Origin: Candidatus Eiseniibacteriota bacterium | GTDB lineage: Bacteria; Eisenbacteria; RBG-16-71-46; JABDJR01; JAWXBZ01 | NCBI GenBank assembly: GCA_034440375.1 | Contig: JAWXBZ010000052.1 | Location: 1 to 29,718, forward strand | Length of the DNA stretch: 29,718 nucleotides | Direction: 5' to 3' | Shown here: piece after piece, positions 9,352-20,771 of the stretch | How the letters are laid out: the number at the start of each line of letters is the position of its first letter | Numbering within the stretch: the stretch's first letter is position 1 | Made by a program: the position numbers and the translations under genes | The notes under the pieces: model-generated | Databases searched by the model: none | Told to the model about the DNA's origin: nothing | The model's input: only the letters and a program-made list of their open reading frames with translations

Positions 9352-9424
9352 TGACCCGTGCTGGAATCGAACCAGCGACTCCCTGATTAAAAGTCAGGTG
9401 CTCTACCATCTGAGCTAACGGGTC
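9352..9424 (-). tRNA. tRNA-Lys (anticodon TTT), CCA not encoded
   Basis: Reverse complement GACCCGTTAGCTCAGATGGTAGAGCACCTGACTTTTAATCAGGGAGTCGCTGGTTCGATTCCAGCACGGGTCA folds as a cloverleaf, with anticodon arm CCTGA-CTTTTAA-TCAGG and T-loop GTTCGA. Confidence 0.96.
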
Positions 9425-9430
9425 TGAATC

Positions 9431-10711
9431 CTAGAGACAAATCGTCTGATCACGGCCCGAACCGACCGACACCCAGCCGATCGGCGTATCGGCGATTTCG
9501 GCGATTCGCTCAAGATAACGCTGCGCTGCCTCCGGAAGATCATTCCAGCGGCGGCAACCGGTCAGGCACTCCTGCCAGCCCTTGTGTTCCTCATAGACCG
9601 GCCGACAGGCCTCGAGGCGCCCGGAATCAGCCGGAAATTCGGCGATCCACCCGCCGTCGATTTCGTATCCGGTACCGATGCTCAGCTTGTCGAGGCCCGA
9701 CAGCACATCGATCTTTGTGATGGCCAGCCGGGTCAGTCCATTCACGCGTACCGCGTGACGCAATCCGACGCCGTCGAGCCAGCCGCAGCGTCGCGGGCGC
9801 CCCGTCGTGGCACCGAACTCGGCACCTTGATTCCGCAGTGTCGTAGCCAGATCGATTGGCATCTCCGTCGGAAAAGGTCCCAGCCCGACGCGGGTTGTGT
9901 ACGCCTTGGTCACACCGATGACATCCTCGATCCAGTGCGGCCCGATGCCGGCCCCGATCAGGGCACCTCCCGCCGAGGCGCTGGATGATGTGACATACGG
10001 GTAGGTGCCATGGTCAACGTCGAGCAGTGTCCCCTGGGCCCCCTCGAGTAGCACGGCCCGGCCTCGTTTCAGTTCAGCGGTGAGCAGGCTTGAGACATCG
10101 GTCAGCATCGGCAGCAGGTGCTCGCCGAAGGCGCGGTACTGGTCGAAAATGGCCGTGGCATCCAGATCGGGCCGGCGGCCCCCGTCACGTGTCAGCCAAT
10201 GGCTGACCCATTCGACATTGGCCTCGATTCGATCCTTGAGGATCGATTCGTTGGCGAGATCGATCATCCGAATGCCGTTGCGGCTGGCCTTGTCGCGATA
10301 GGCGGGCCCGATGCCGCGCCGGGTCGTGCCGAAGGCGCCGGAGCCCCCCTCACGATCCTCCTCGAAGGCCTCGATTGTCTTGTGGTACGGGAGGATCAGG
10401 TGGGCACGCTCGCTGATCAGGATTCGGCCGGTCGTTTCGATGCCGCGCCGATTCAATCCCTCGATTTCTTCCAGGAAGGATGCGGGGTCGATGACCACGC
10501 CGTTGCCGAGTATGCCAATCTTGCCCGGATGCAGAATCCCCGAGGGAATCAGGTGGAGCACAAAAGTTTCGTTCCCGACAACGACGGTGTGGCCGGCGTT
10601 GGAACCACCCTGATAGCGGACCACGTAGTCGGCCTCCCCGGTCAGGAGGTCGACAAACTTACCTTTTCCCTCGTCACCCCACTGGGCGCCCAGAATGATC
10701 CGAGCCGGCAT
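9431..10711 (-). CDS. purA: Adenylosuccinate synthetase
   Basis: GAQWGDEGKGK, GGSNAGHT, EGAQG..LDVDHGTYPYVTSS and EFGATTGRPRRCGWLD signatures; 426 aa. Confidence 0.98.
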   Translation of the reverse strand: MPARIILGAQWGDEGKGKFVDLLTGEADYVVRYQGGSNAGHTVVVGNETFVLHLIPSGILHPGKIGILGNGVVIDPASFLEEIEGLNRRGIETTGRILISERAHLILPYHKTIEAFEEDREGGSGAFGTTRRGIGPAYRDKASRNGIRMIDLANESILKDRIEANVEWVSHWLTRDGGRRPDLDATAIFDQYRAFGEHLLPMLTDVSSLLTAELKRGRAVLLEGAQGTLLDVDHGTYPYVTSSSASAGGALIGAGIGPHWIEDVIGVTKAYTTRVGLGPFPTEMPIDLATTLRNQGAEFGATTGRPRRCGWLDGVGLRHAVRVNGLTRLAITKIDVLSGLDKLSIGTGYEIDGGWIAEFPADSGRLEACRPVYEEHKGWQECLTGCRRWNDLPEAAQRYLERIAEIADTPIGWVSVGSGRDQTICL

Positions 10712-10818
10712 CAGTCACATCCAATCAAGGCCGGCGCCCGCGCGGGGCGAGGGTCGGCTGGGAGGTCGATCGACAGAGTTTCAGAACGAAAAGCCGTCGG
10801 AGGCTAGCAGTCCGGCGC

Positions 10819-12414
10819 TCAGGCGGGCAACTGTACCCCGCGGACATACCGAACCCTCGGATCGGCCGCGATGGTTGCCAGGACCTCCGGTGTGGCCGGC
10901 AGGTCAAGACCAATGACCGTGAGCGCCGTGCCCCCCGGCCGATCACGGCCCCAGCTGATCCGGGCGATATTGAGCCCCGCCGATCCGAGCCAGCCGCCGA
11001 TGGCCCCGACGACCCCGGGAACATCATCGTTCCGAAGAACGATGAGTGGCCCGACCGGCACCGCTTCGAGTTCGAATCCGTCGATGGCCACCAGTCGCGG
11101 TTCCTCGCTGCGAATGACCGTCCCTTCCACCACCGTTGTCCCTGATTCGGTCTCCAGGGTCAGCCGGATCAGGTTGGAGTGATCACCGGCGACCGGATCG
11201 AACGATTCAACCACCTCGATCTGGAGCTCCTGCGCCTTGATCCTGGCATTGACGAAATTGACCACCTCGCCGGCCACGGTCGAGAGGACCCCCTTCAAGC
11301 CGGCCAGCGTCAGTGCCTGTAACGGCAGGTTGGCGGCCTCCCCCCGATAGTCGAGCGCCAGGCGGCGCCAGCTTCCCTGTGGGGCCAGCGAACCGGCCAG
11401 GAGGCCCAGCCTCTCGATCAGATCGAGATAGGGGCGAGCCTTCTGGTAGGCCTCGGCCGATAGGCCGGGCATGTTCACTGCGTTCCGGATGGCCCCCGAC
11501 TGAAAGTAATCGAGAACCTGGCGGGCCAGTTCCGCCGACACGTTTTCCTGTGCTTCACGGGTCGAGGCGCCCAGGTGCGGCGCCGCCACCACTCTTGGAT
11601 GCGAAAGGAGCGGATGGTCCGCCGGCGGTGGCTCCTGTTCAAAAACATCAAGTGCCGCGCCGGCCAGGTGGCCCGATTCCAGCGCGATGTGCAGCGCGGC
11701 TTCATCCACGAGGCCGCCGCGCGCGCAGTTGATCAGCCGGGAACCAGCCTTCATGGCGGCCAGTTCACGCCCGCCGATCAGGTGCTTCGTCGACTTCGTC
11801 AACGGCGCATGAAGAGTCACGATGTCCGCCGCGGCGATCAACTCGTCCATGGATGCCAGACGCGCGCCGGCCGCCCGGGCAATTTCCTCGGTCACGAAAG
11901 GATCGGCCACCAGCACCGTCATGTCGAAGGCGCGCGCGCGCGAGGCCACCTCGCGTCCGATCCGGCCAAAGCCGATCACACCGAGCGTCTTGCCGGCCAG
12001 TTCGGTTCCCATGAACCCGGCGCGATCCCATTTGCCGGCCGACAACGATACGGCCGCCGGCACGAGGTTGCGAACCATCGCCAGAAGCAGCGTCCAGGTC
12101 AGCTCGGCCGCCGCAATGGAATTGGCGTCGGGCGTATTCATGACGACGATCCCCCGGCGCGTGGCGGCCTCCACATCGACGTTGTCGACGCCGGTGCCGG
12201 CCCGGCCGATCAGCCGGAGGTGGGGTGCCATCGCCAGGACCTCGGCGGTGGCCCTGGTGCCGCTTCGAACGAGCAGCGCCTCGGCGGTCTCGAGCGCCCC
12301 GGCCAGAGCCGCAGGGTCGGCACCGCTCACCTGGACAACCTCGAAAAGCCCTGAGTGTCGAAGGAGATCGAGCCCCTCCGCCGCCATCGGATCGGACACC
12401 ACCACCCGAATCAT
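10819..12414 (-). CDS. serA: D-3-phosphoglycerate dehydrogenase (long type I form with C-terminal ASB and ACT domains)
   Basis: RAGTGVDNVD, GFGRIG, NCARGGLVDE, DVFEQEPP and PHLGAST motifs; C-terminal NDDVPGVVG ACT domain; 531 aa. Confidence 0.95.
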   Translation of the reverse strand: MIRVVVSDPMAAEGLDLLRHSGLFEVVQVSGADPAALAGALETAEALLVRSGTRATAEVLAMAPHLRLIGRAGTGVDNVDVEAATRRGIVVMNTPDANSIAAAELTWTLLLAMVRNLVPAAVSLSAGKWDRAGFMGTELAGKTLGVIGFGRIGREVASRARAFDMTVLVADPFVTEEIARAAGARLASMDELIAAADIVTLHAPLTKSTKHLIGGRELAAMKAGSRLINCARGGLVDEAALHIALESGHLAGAALDVFEQEPPPADHPLLSHPRVVAAPHLGASTREAQENVSAELARQVLDYFQSGAIRNAVNMPGLSAEAYQKARPYLDLIERLGLLAGSLAPQGSWRRLALDYRGEAANLPLQALTLAGLKGVLSTVAGEVVNFVNARIKAQELQIEVVESFDPVAGDHSNLIRLTLETESGTTVVEGTVIRSEEPRLVAIDGFELEAVPVGPLIVLRNDDVPGVVGAIGGWLGSAGLNIARISWGRDRPGGTALTVIGLDLPATPEVLATIAADPRVRYVRGVQLPA

Positions 12415-13508
12415 CGCACGCCCTCGATTTTCAGCTCGGACATCACCTCTGCCAGGGCGGCGAGTACATCCGTCACATCCTGGTCGGTGTACGCCCCCAT
12501 GTGGCCGATGCGGAAGATCTTCCCTTTCATGCTTCCCTGGCCACCGGCCAGGCGCATTCCGTGTTTTGCCCGCAACGATTTCACCAGCAGATCGGGGTCC
12601 GGCGTGGTGATCTCACCCACGGCGGTCACGCCGTTGGAGGGGGACGGGGCGAACAGCGGCAACCCGAGCGAGCGCACGCCGTCGCGGCAGGCCGCGGCCA
12701 GTCGCGCGTGACGGGCGAACACCTGTTCGAGACCCTCCTCGTTCAGCATCGCCAGCGATTCACGGAGCCCGATGATCAGGCTGATGGCCGGCGTGAACGG
12801 CGTCGTGCCCTTGGCCAGCTGCTTCGCCGCCTCAGCCAGGTCGAAGTAGAAGCGCGGCAGATCGGCATGAGCCATGGCCCGCCGCCCCATCTCGGAGAGG
12901 GCCACGAAGGCGAGGCCGGGCGGCAACATCAGCCCCTTCTGGCTGCCGCTGACCACGGCGTCCAGTCCCCACTCGTCCATCCGGATCGGGTGCACGCCGA
13001 GCGAGGTGATTGCATCGACCATGACTAGCGTTCCCCGATCGCGCGCCACCCGCGCCAGTTCGGCGATGTCGTGCAGCGCCCCGGTGGAAGTTTCGCTGTG
13101 GGTGAGCCCCACCGCCTGCACCGTATGCGGCTGCGCATCGAGAAAACTCGCCAGTTGCTCGGGTGTGGCCACCTGTCCGTATGGAACAGTCAGTTCGGCC
13201 ACATCGAGGCGGTAGGCCCGGCCGAGGTCGGTCCATCGTTCGCCGAACTTGCCGGCGTTGACCGTCACCAGCGTCTGCCCGGTTCGGCAGCAGTTCGCCA
13301 GGGCCGCCTCAAGGCCCCCGGTACCGGAGGCGGCCAACGTCAACACGTCCTCTTTGGTGCCGAACAGTGGCTGGAGGCCAAGGGACACCTCGCGGAAGAT
13401 CTCGGTAAATTCAGCGGTGCGATGATGAATGATCGGCTCGGACATGACGCGGCGGATCCGCTCGGGGATCGGCGTCGGGCCGGGCGTAAACAGGCGTTCC
13501 AGGGCCAC
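12411..13508 (-). CDS. Class V PLP-dependent aminotransferase (serine-pyruvate/alanine-glyoxylate family; likely supplies the phosphoserine aminotransferase step)
   Basis: FTPGP, HSETSTG, VDAITS and SGSQKG (PLP Lys) motifs, plus FRIGHMG. Start reassigned to GTG 13508 behind SD GGAGG. Overlaps the serA start by 4 nt. Confidence 0.9.
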   Translation of the reverse strand: MALERLFTPGPTPIPERIRRVMSEPIIHHRTAEFTEIFREVSLGLQPLFGTKEDVLTLAASGTGGLEAALANCCRTGQTLVTVNAGKFGERWTDLGRAYRLDVAELTVPYGQVATPEQLASFLDAQPHTVQAVGLTHSETSTGALHDIAELARVARDRGTLVMVDAITSLGVHPIRMDEWGLDAVVSGSQKGLMLPPGLAFVALSEMGRRAMAHADLPRFYFDLAEAAKQLAKGTTPFTPAISLIIGLRESLAMLNEEGLEQVFARHARLAAACRDGVRSLGLPLFAPSPSNGVTAVGEITTPDPDLLVKSLRAKHGMRLAGGQGSMKGKIFRIGHMGAYTDQDVTDVLAALAEVMSELKIEGVR

Positions 13509-13608
13509 GGGACCTCCAGTGCAACAAATGGTTCGGCCCACCGGCGGCAACGAACTGCCGACGATGGGCCGGAGATTATGCCCTTTTGGGCGGGGCGACG
13601 CGAGTGAG

Positions 13609-15996
13609 CTAGTGCGTCGTCAAGTTTCGGGTCTGGCGGAAGTCCGGGCTCTTTTCCGTCTTGGCGAGTGTGTGTTCCAGCACTTCGTCCATGTGCTCGA
13701 CAAGAATTATGTCCAGCCCCTGTCGCACTTCCTTCGGGATCTCCTCGAGATCCTTGCGATTGCCGGCCGGCACGATCAGCGTTTTCACTCCATGACGGCG
13801 AGCCGCCACCGACTTTTCGGTCAGCCCGCCGATCGGCATCACCGATCCGCGCAGCGTAATTTCACCGGTCATGGCCACGTGGGGCAACGTCGGAATGCCG
13901 GTCAGCGCCGAGATCAACGCCACCGCCATCGTGATGCCGGCGGACGGGCCGTCCTTCGGCACCGCGCCCTCGGGCACGTGAATGTGAATATCAATGTTCT
14001 GATAGAAGTTCTTTTCCAGCCCCAGGAAACCTGAAATCCGCCGCGCGTATGACAGGGCTGCGTGCGCCGATTCGCGCATGACCTCGCCCAGCTTGCCGGT
14101 CAGGTTCACCTTTCCCTTGCCGGTCAGGATCGACACTTCGATCGTCATGACATCGCCGCCGAACTCGGTCCAGGCCAGCCCGTTGGCCAGGCCGATCCGC
14201 CGTTCCTGTTCGAGCGGCTGGTCGAGGAACTTGGGCACGCCCAGATACTTGGAAAGCTGGGCGGGCGTCACCGTCGCCGGCACGCCTCCTTCGCCGCCGG
14301 CCACCTTGCGGGCCACCTTGCGGCAGATGGTGGCGATTTCGCGCTCGAGATTGCGAACGCCCGCCTCGCGGGTGTACTGCGTCACGATCTCGCCCAGCGT
14401 TTTCTCGGAAAGGATGACGTCCCCTTCCTTGAGACCGGTGGCTGCCAGCTGCTTTTTCACCAGGAAGTCACGGGCGATCTGGACCTTTTCGTTCTCGAGG
14501 TAGCCGGGCAGTTGGATGATCTCCATCCGATCGCGCAGCGGCGCCGGAATGTTGCCCAGGTAGTTGGCGGTCGTGATGAACAGGACCTGGGACAGGTCGT
14601 AGTCGACCTCGAGATAGTGATCGTTGAAGGCATTGTTCTGCTCGGGATCAAGCACCTCGAGCAAGGCCGACGAGGGATCACCGCGCCAATCGGAGCCAAT
14701 CTTGTCGACTTCGTCCAGCAAAATGACCGGGTTGATCGTGCCGGCCTTCTTCATGGCCTGGATGATTCGGCCGGGCATCGATCCGATGTACGTCCGGCGA
14801 TGGCCGCGGATCTCTGACTCGTCCTTGACCCCACCCAGGCTCATCCGCACGAACTTTCGTCCGAGGGAACGGGCGATCGACTTGCCGAGGCTGGTCTTGC
14901 CCACGCCCGGAGGGCCGGCAAAGCAGAGAATCGGCCCCTTGAGTGACTTGGAGAGCTTGATGATCGCCATGTACTCGAGGATTCGTTCCTTGATCTTCTT
15001 GAGCCCGTGGTGGTCCTCGTCCAGGCACTTCTGCACCGCGGCCAGATCGAGATTGTCATTGGAGCGTTTTTTCCACGGCAACCCGACCAGCCAGTCCAGG
15101 TAATTGCGCAGGACGGTGGCCTCGGGAGACATGAACGACATCTTGGACAGGCGGTCCAGTTCTCGGACGGCCTTTTCCTGGACTTCCTTCGGCATGCGGG
15201 CCTTCTTGATGTCCCGCTCCAGTTCCTCGATCTCCGAGGCAAACTCGTTCTGGTAGCCCAGCTCCTTGCGGATCGCCTTGAGCTGCTCGTTGAGATAGAA
15301 CTCCTTCTGATTCTTGTGCACCTGGCTGCGAACCTGTCCCTCGATCTTGCGCTCGAGCTTCACGATTTCAAGTTCGGACAGCAGCACTTCCGACAGGCGC
15401 TTCAGGCGCAGCATCGGATCGTCGATCTCGAGGACTTCCTGCTTGACCGGCACCTTGACCAGGAGATGACTGGCGATGGTGTAGGCCAGCGTGTGCGGAT
15501 CGGCGATGTTGTTGACGGTCAGCAGCACCTCATCGGAGATGCGGCGGTTGAGATGCACATAGTCGGTGAACTGGGTCAGGGTCGAGCGCATCAACGCCTC
15601 GGTCTCCGCGGAGCGATTGACCTCGTCGGGCATGAGCTCGAGCTTGACCTGGAAATAGTCCTCGGAGGCCATGAATCGCTTCACGCGCGCCCGGCAGATC
15701 CCCTCCACCAGCACCCGCATCGTGCCGTCCGGAAGACGGAAGAGCTGCAGGATTCGAATGACCGTGCCGACCTTGTGCAGGTCGTCGCGGGCCGGGTCGA
15801 CCATTTCGGGCTTCATCTGCGAGGTGGCGAAGAGAATGCGGTCGCGCTGGACTGCGGCTTCGATGGCGTTGACGGAACCGGCCCTGCCGACGAGGAGGGG
15901 GGTTGTCATGTAGGGGAACAAGACCACGTCCCGGAGGGGTAGTAGAGGAAGACGGTCTTCGATGTCGAAGATTTCGTCGTCGCGTTTGATTTGCAT
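13609..15996 (-). CDS. lon: ATP-dependent protease La
   Basis: [14 protein letters not shown]-domain, Walker [19 protein letters not shown], catalytic PKDGPSAG; 795 aa. Confidence 0.98.
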   Translation of the reverse strand: MQIKRDDEIFDIEDRLPLLPLRDVVLFPYMTTPLLVGRAGSVNAIEAAVQRDRILFATSQMKPEMVDPARDDLHKVGTVIRILQLFRLPDGTMRVLVEGICRARVKRFMASEDYFQVKLELMPDEVNRSAETEALMRSTLTQFTDYVHLNRRISDEVLLTVNNIADPHTLAYTIASHLLVKVPVKQEVLEIDDPMLRLKRLSEVLLSELEIVKLERKIEGQVRSQVHKNQKEFYLNEQLKAIRKELGYQNEFASEIEELERDIKKARMPKEVQEKAVRELDRLSKMSFMSPEATVLRNYLDWLVGLPWKKRSNDNLDLAAVQKCLDEDHHGLKKIKERILEYMAIIKLSKSLKGPILCFAGPPGVGKTSLGKSIARSLGRKFVRMSLGGVKDESEIRGHRRTYIGSMPGRIIQAMKKAGTINPVILLDEVDKIGSDWRGDPSSALLEVLDPEQNNAFNDHYLEVDYDLSQVLFITTANYLGNIPAPLRDRMEIIQLPGYLENEKVQIARDFLVKKQLAATGLKEGDVILSEKTLGEIVTQYTREAGVRNLEREIATICRKVARKVAGGEGGVPATVTPAQLSKYLGVPKFLDQPLEQERRIGLANGLAWTEFGGDVMTIEVSILTGKGKVNLTGKLGEVMRESAHAALSYARRISGFLGLEKNFYQNIDIHIHVPEGAVPKDGPSAGITMAVALISALTGIPTLPHVAMTGEITLRGSVMPIGGLTEKSVAARRHGVKTLIVPAGNRKDLEEIPKEVRQGLDIILVEHMDEVLEHTLAKTEKSPDFRQTRNLTTH

Positions 15997-16058
15997 TTAG
16001 GTGGGTTGGTCCTTCTGGGGGTTGATTGAAGTTGGTCGGTGAAGGTCGGCTTTGGCGT

Positions 16059-16099
16059 CTCCAGGTGCGTAGCACCTGGAGCTACTGCACCTGGAGCTA
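16059..16099. repeat. Hairpin plus tandem 13-bp direct repeat in the clpX-lon spacer
   Basis: CTCCAGGTGC (16059-16068) is the reverse complement of GCACCTGGAG, which occurs twice as GCACCTGGAGCTA (16072-16084 and 16087-16099). Confidence 0.7.
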
Positions 16100-16100
16100 T

Positions 16101-17357
<1,257 letters not shown>

Positions 17358-17408
17358 CTCCTTGAAGGGGTCCTCCGGCGTCAGACGCCGGCTACCGGGG
17401 TTATCGGC

Positions 17409-17999
17409 CTAGACCTGGCCCCGCTTGACGATCACTTCGTCGACGATCCCGTATTCCTTGGCTTCGGCCGCCGACATGAAGTAGTTCCGGTCGGTGTCCT
17501 TCAGAATCTGCTCCAAAGTCCGGCCGGTGTGCGTATTGATGATCTGGTTGATCTTGTCACGGATAACCAGCATCTCCTTGGTATATATCTCGATATCGGT
17601 CGCCTGCCCCTGGGTTCCCCCCAGTGGCTGGTGGATCATGACCCGGGCGCTGGGCAGGATGGAACGCTTTCCCTTGGCCCCGGCCAGGAGCAGGAGGGCC
17701 CCCATCGAAGCGGCCTGCCCCATGCACGTGGTGGCCACGGCCGGTTTGATGAACTGCATCGTATCGTAGATTCCGAGACCGGCGGTCACGGAGCCCCCCG
17801 GGCTGTTGATATAAAGCTGGATGTCCTTGTCCGGGTCCTCGGCCTCCAGAAACAGCAACTGGGCGATGATCAGGTTGGCCACGACATCGTCGATGCCCGT
17901 TCCGAGGAAGATGATCCTGTCTTTCAGCAGTCGACTGTAAATATCGTACGCGCGTTCGCCGCGCGCCGACTGTTCGACCACCATTGGCACCAAAGCCAT
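17409..17999 (-). CDS. clpP: ATP-dependent Clp protease proteolytic subunit
   Basis: [34 protein letters not shown] (catalytic Ser), MIHQP. Confidence 0.98.
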   Translation of the reverse strand: MALVPMVVEQSARGERAYDIYSRLLKDRIIFLGTGIDDVVANLIIAQLLFLEAEDPDKDIQLYINSPGGSVTAGLGIYDTMQFIKPAVATTCMGQAASMGALLLLAGAKGKRSILPSARVMIHQPLGGTQGQATDIEIYTKEMLVIRDKINQIINTHTGRTLEQILKDTDRNYFMSAAEAKEYGIVDEVIVKRGQV

Positions 18000-18002
18000 T
18001 CC

Positions 18003-19286
18003 CTACCTCCCCTTCTTGACCACGTCGACCCGGGCCTGCCCGAGCAACGCCTCGATGACCTTGTGCCGGTACATGTCGTCCCGAAGGCGGTCCAACCCGC
18101 CTGATTTCTTCAGCTTACCCCGAACTTCGGCCGGCGTGATGCTTTCCCGGCCAGCGTATCGGATGATTTCATTGTCGACATCTTCCTGCAGAATCTGAAC
18201 ACCCAAGGCCTTGCCGGCCGCGGCGATGATCAGATCCGACTTCAGACGGCGTTCGACCGCGGGCCGGTAATATTCCCGGATCTCACGCTCCTCCTCGGCC
18301 GGCACCTCCTCGCCACCCCGCTCCCGCTTCGCCGAAGCAACCACATCGGAGAGGGCCGAGGTCACAATCGACCCCGGCACCTCGAAGGGGTTCCGGGTGA
18401 TCAGCTCGTCAAAAAGGGTCTCTTCGAGGCGATCGCGGCTCTTCATCATCTGCCGGCTTTCCAGTGAGAGACGAACCCTGGCCTTCAAGGCCTCGAGATC
18501 GGCGTTCTCACTGCCCAGCGCCTGCTTCGCAAAGCCGTCGTCCAGGGGCGGGGCGGTCTTTTCACGCACCTCGGTCAATACAATGTCGAAGGTTTGTTCT
18601 GGATGCTCGTGAACCCCTTCCTCGGTGTTGTGAGCCGCGGCCGGCAGTACCATCCGCCTTGATTCACCCTTCGAGGCCCCCATCAGGGCCTGGTTGAACG
18701 GCTCGGGCGTGTCGTCTGCGCCGATCTCGATGACGCCGGACTGAGCCTCGCCCCGGTTCCCTTCCGCGTCCAGGATCCAGTAATCGAGCGCCACCCGGTC
18801 TCCCCCCTGTGCGGGGCGGTCAACGCCCGGCCAGGTGGCCTGCGCATTCCGAAACTGCTCCATTTCGGCGGTTATTTCCTCGTCGGTGATTTCCTGCTCC
18901 TCGCGCACCATCTGAAGGCCCTGGTAGCCGGTCAGTTCAAACTTCGGCCAGACCTCGATGTGAGCATTGAACTTGAGCGGCTCACCCTGTTTGAATTTCA
19001 GTTCCTTTATTTCAGGTTCAGCAGCCGGCTCAAGGCCCGATTCGGTAAGGGCCTCCATGTAGGCCTTCGGCAGCGCCTTGCGCAGGTATTCGGATTCCAG
19101 GCTGTCGGCCATCTGCGCCTTGACCATATCCAGCGGGGCCTTCCCCTTGCGGAAGCCCGGAAGAATCACCTGGCGGCGATACTCCTCCACCACTTCGCGG
19201 AGGCCACCATCCACCTCATCGGCGGGAATTTCGATTTCCAGTACACGCTTGAGCTGGGGCTCTTCGATGACGTTTACCTTGACCAA
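18003..19286 (-). CDS. tig: Trigger factor
   Basis: LPGFRKGKAP ribosome-binding signature; lies upstream of clpP. Start reassigned to TTG 19286 (SD GAGG) because the track's longer start overlaps tRNA-Leu. Confidence 0.92.
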   Translation of the reverse strand: MVKVNVIEEPQLKRVLEIEIPADEVDGGLREVVEEYRRQVILPGFRKGKAPLDMVKAQMADSLESEYLRKALPKAYMEALTESGLEPAAEPEIKELKFKQGEPLKFNAHIEVWPKFELTGYQGLQMVREEQEITDEEITAEMEQFRNAQATWPGVDRPAQGGDRVALDYWILDAEGNRGEAQSGVIEIGADDTPEPFNQALMGASKGESRRMVLPAAAHNTEEGVHEHPEQTFDIVLTEVREKTAPPLDDGFAKQALGSENADLEALKARVRLSLESRQMMKSRDRLEETLFDELITRNPFEVPGSIVTSALSDVVASAKRERGGEEVPAEEEREIREYYRPAVERRLKSDLIIAAAGKALGVQILQEDVDNEIIRYAGRESITPAEVRGKLKKSGGLDRLRDDMYRHKVIEALLGQARVDVVKKGR

Positions 19287-19330
19287 CGGACAACCTCGGC
19301 TTCCTGTATTGGAGATGTCGAGCGGACATC

Positions 19331-19413
19331 TGGTGCGAGAGGGGGGACTCGAACCCCCATGGTTGCCCACCGGATCCTAAATCCGGCGCGTCTGCCAGTT
19401 CCGCCACTCTCGC
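19331..19413 (-). tRNA. tRNA-Leu (anticodon TAG), CCA encoded
   Basis: Reverse complement GCGAGAGTGGCGGAACTGGCAGACGCGCCGGATTTAGGATCCGGTGGGCAACCATGGGGGTTCGAGTCCCCCCTCTCGCACCA, with anticodon arm CCGGA-TTTAGGA-TCCGG and a long variable arm. tRNA-Leu upstream of tig is a common arrangement. Confidence 0.96.
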
Positions 19414-19458
19414 TGGTGAAAGGCTCCTATGTCGATGACGGCCGGCGAAAGCGGGCGG

Positions 19459-19486
19459 AGTATAGCATACCGGCCTTATCTGTTAA
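19459..19486 (-). promoter_or_regulatory. Candidate sigma70 promoter for tRNA-Leu-tig-clpP-clpX-lon
   Basis: Minus strand reads TTAACA, 16 nt, then TATACT preceded by TGc. An AT-rich UP-like tract lies upstream and a GC-rich discriminator downstream. Confidence 0.6.
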
Positions 19487-19515
19487 CTCTATATACAACT
19501 TTGATTTAGATAAAA

Positions 19516-20595
19516 TCAGGAAATTGGCCGCCCCCCGACGATTTCACCGGCCAGCAGGTCCCCGATCTCGGTAGTCGAAAGGCCCGTTCGGGCATCCAAC
19601 CCCGGCAATCGACCATCGGTCAAGACCCCCCGAACCGTCTCTTCGATCAGGGCGCCGGCAGCCGCCTGCCCCAGGAAGTCGAGCATCATTCCGACCGCCA
19701 GAACGGTGGCCGTCGGGTTGGCCGTTCCGGTGCCCGCGATGTCGGGCGCGGAACCGTGGATCGGTTCGAACAGGCTGACCCGTCCCGGGTGAATATTGGC
19801 GCTGGCTGCGGACCCCATCCCGCCCTGGAGCATGGCCCCCAAGTCGGTCAGGATATCGCCGAACATGTTGGTCGTGACCATCACATCGAACCGCTCCGGG
19901 GCTTGAACCATGAACATGGCCGCGGCATCAACGTACAGGGCATCAGTGGCCACATCGGGGTACTCGAGGGCCACCTCGCGAAACGTTCGTCGCCAGAGGT
20001 CGTGCGCCATGACGGCGTTGGCCTTGTCGACCAGGGTGAGCTTCTTCCGTGGCCGGCTCCTGGCCAGCTCAAAGGCGTAGCGAATCACCCGCTCCGTTCC
20101 CTTGCGGGTCACGATCATCTCGCCGGTGGCCACCTCGTCGGGCGTCCCCTTCTTGAAGAATCCCCCGAGGCCCACGTACAGGTCTTCGGTGTTTTCCCGG
20201 ACCACAATGAAATCGATATCCGCGGGCAGCTTCCCCTTCAGCGGCGTCAGGCGCTCGTGATACAGCCGCACCGGCCGGACATTGGCGTAGAGATCGAGCC
20301 CCCACCGCAATCCACCAACCACGGCCCGCTCGACCAGCCCGGGCGGTGCCCCCGGATGTCCCACCGCACCCAGCAGCACGGCATCAAATGTCCGGACCTC
20401 GTCCAGAACGCTGTCCGGCATGAGTTCCTTCGTGGCCAGCCAGTGGGCCCCGCTCCAGGGGAAACTCTTCCGCTCCGTTTGGAATCCGAACCGCTTTTCC
20501 GCTGCATCGAGCACCTTGAGCCCCTCGGCCACGACTTCGGGGCCGATGCCGTCACCGGGAAAGATGGCGATGCGATAGGTCGGGGGTTCCGTCAT
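19516..20595 (-). CDS. leuB: 3-isopropylmalate / tartrate dehydrogenase family decarboxylating dehydrogenase
   Basis: PGDGIGPEV, VRENTEDLY, NMFGDILTD and EPIHGSAPDIAG motifs. Exact substrate uncertain; no leuCD in the window. Confidence 0.75.
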   Translation of the reverse strand: MTEPPTYRIAIFPGDGIGPEVVAEGLKVLDAAEKRFGFQTERKSFPWSGAHWLATKELMPDSVLDEVRTFDAVLLGAVGHPGAPPGLVERAVVGGLRWGLDLYANVRPVRLYHERLTPLKGKLPADIDFIVVRENTEDLYVGLGGFFKKGTPDEVATGEMIVTRKGTERVIRYAFELARSRPRKKLTLVDKANAVMAHDLWRRTFREVALEYPDVATDALYVDAAAMFMVQAPERFDVMVTTNMFGDILTDLGAMLQGGMGSAASANIHPGRVSLFEPIHGSAPDIAGTGTANPTATVLAVGMMLDFLGQAAAGALIEETVRGVLTDGRLPGLDARTGLSTTEIGDLLAGEIVGGRPIS

Positions 20596-20691
20596 GACTT
20601 TCAGTCTCCGCGAATTGGGGTCATGTCGTAAAGGCGCCGGAGCCTACCAGAGCGCCGTTCACCCCGCTATTCCGGCCCGATCCGGATCACC

Positions 20692-20724
20692 AAAAAAGGC
20701 CCACCGCCATTTCGACGGTGGGCC
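20692..20724 (-). terminator. Rho-independent terminator after the SFFD-repeat gene
   Basis: Minus strand GGCCCACCGTC-GAAAT-GGCGGTGGGCC-TTTTTT. Confidence 0.85.
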
Positions 20725-20771
20725 CTCGAATATTGTGGCTGCCGGGGGGCGATCCGGGATCGCCCGACGGC

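Noticed and set aside
9300-9424. tRNA-Lys 3' end as an integration (att) site for the giant gene region
   Set aside because: No integrase and no duplicated tRNA 3' fragment were seen in the window, and the giant gene's codon style resembles the core genes.
19216-19407. 63-aa ORF and the extended tig start at 19370
   Set aside because: Both overlap tRNA-Leu(TAG); the peptide MAELADAPDLGSGG.. is simply the translated tRNA.
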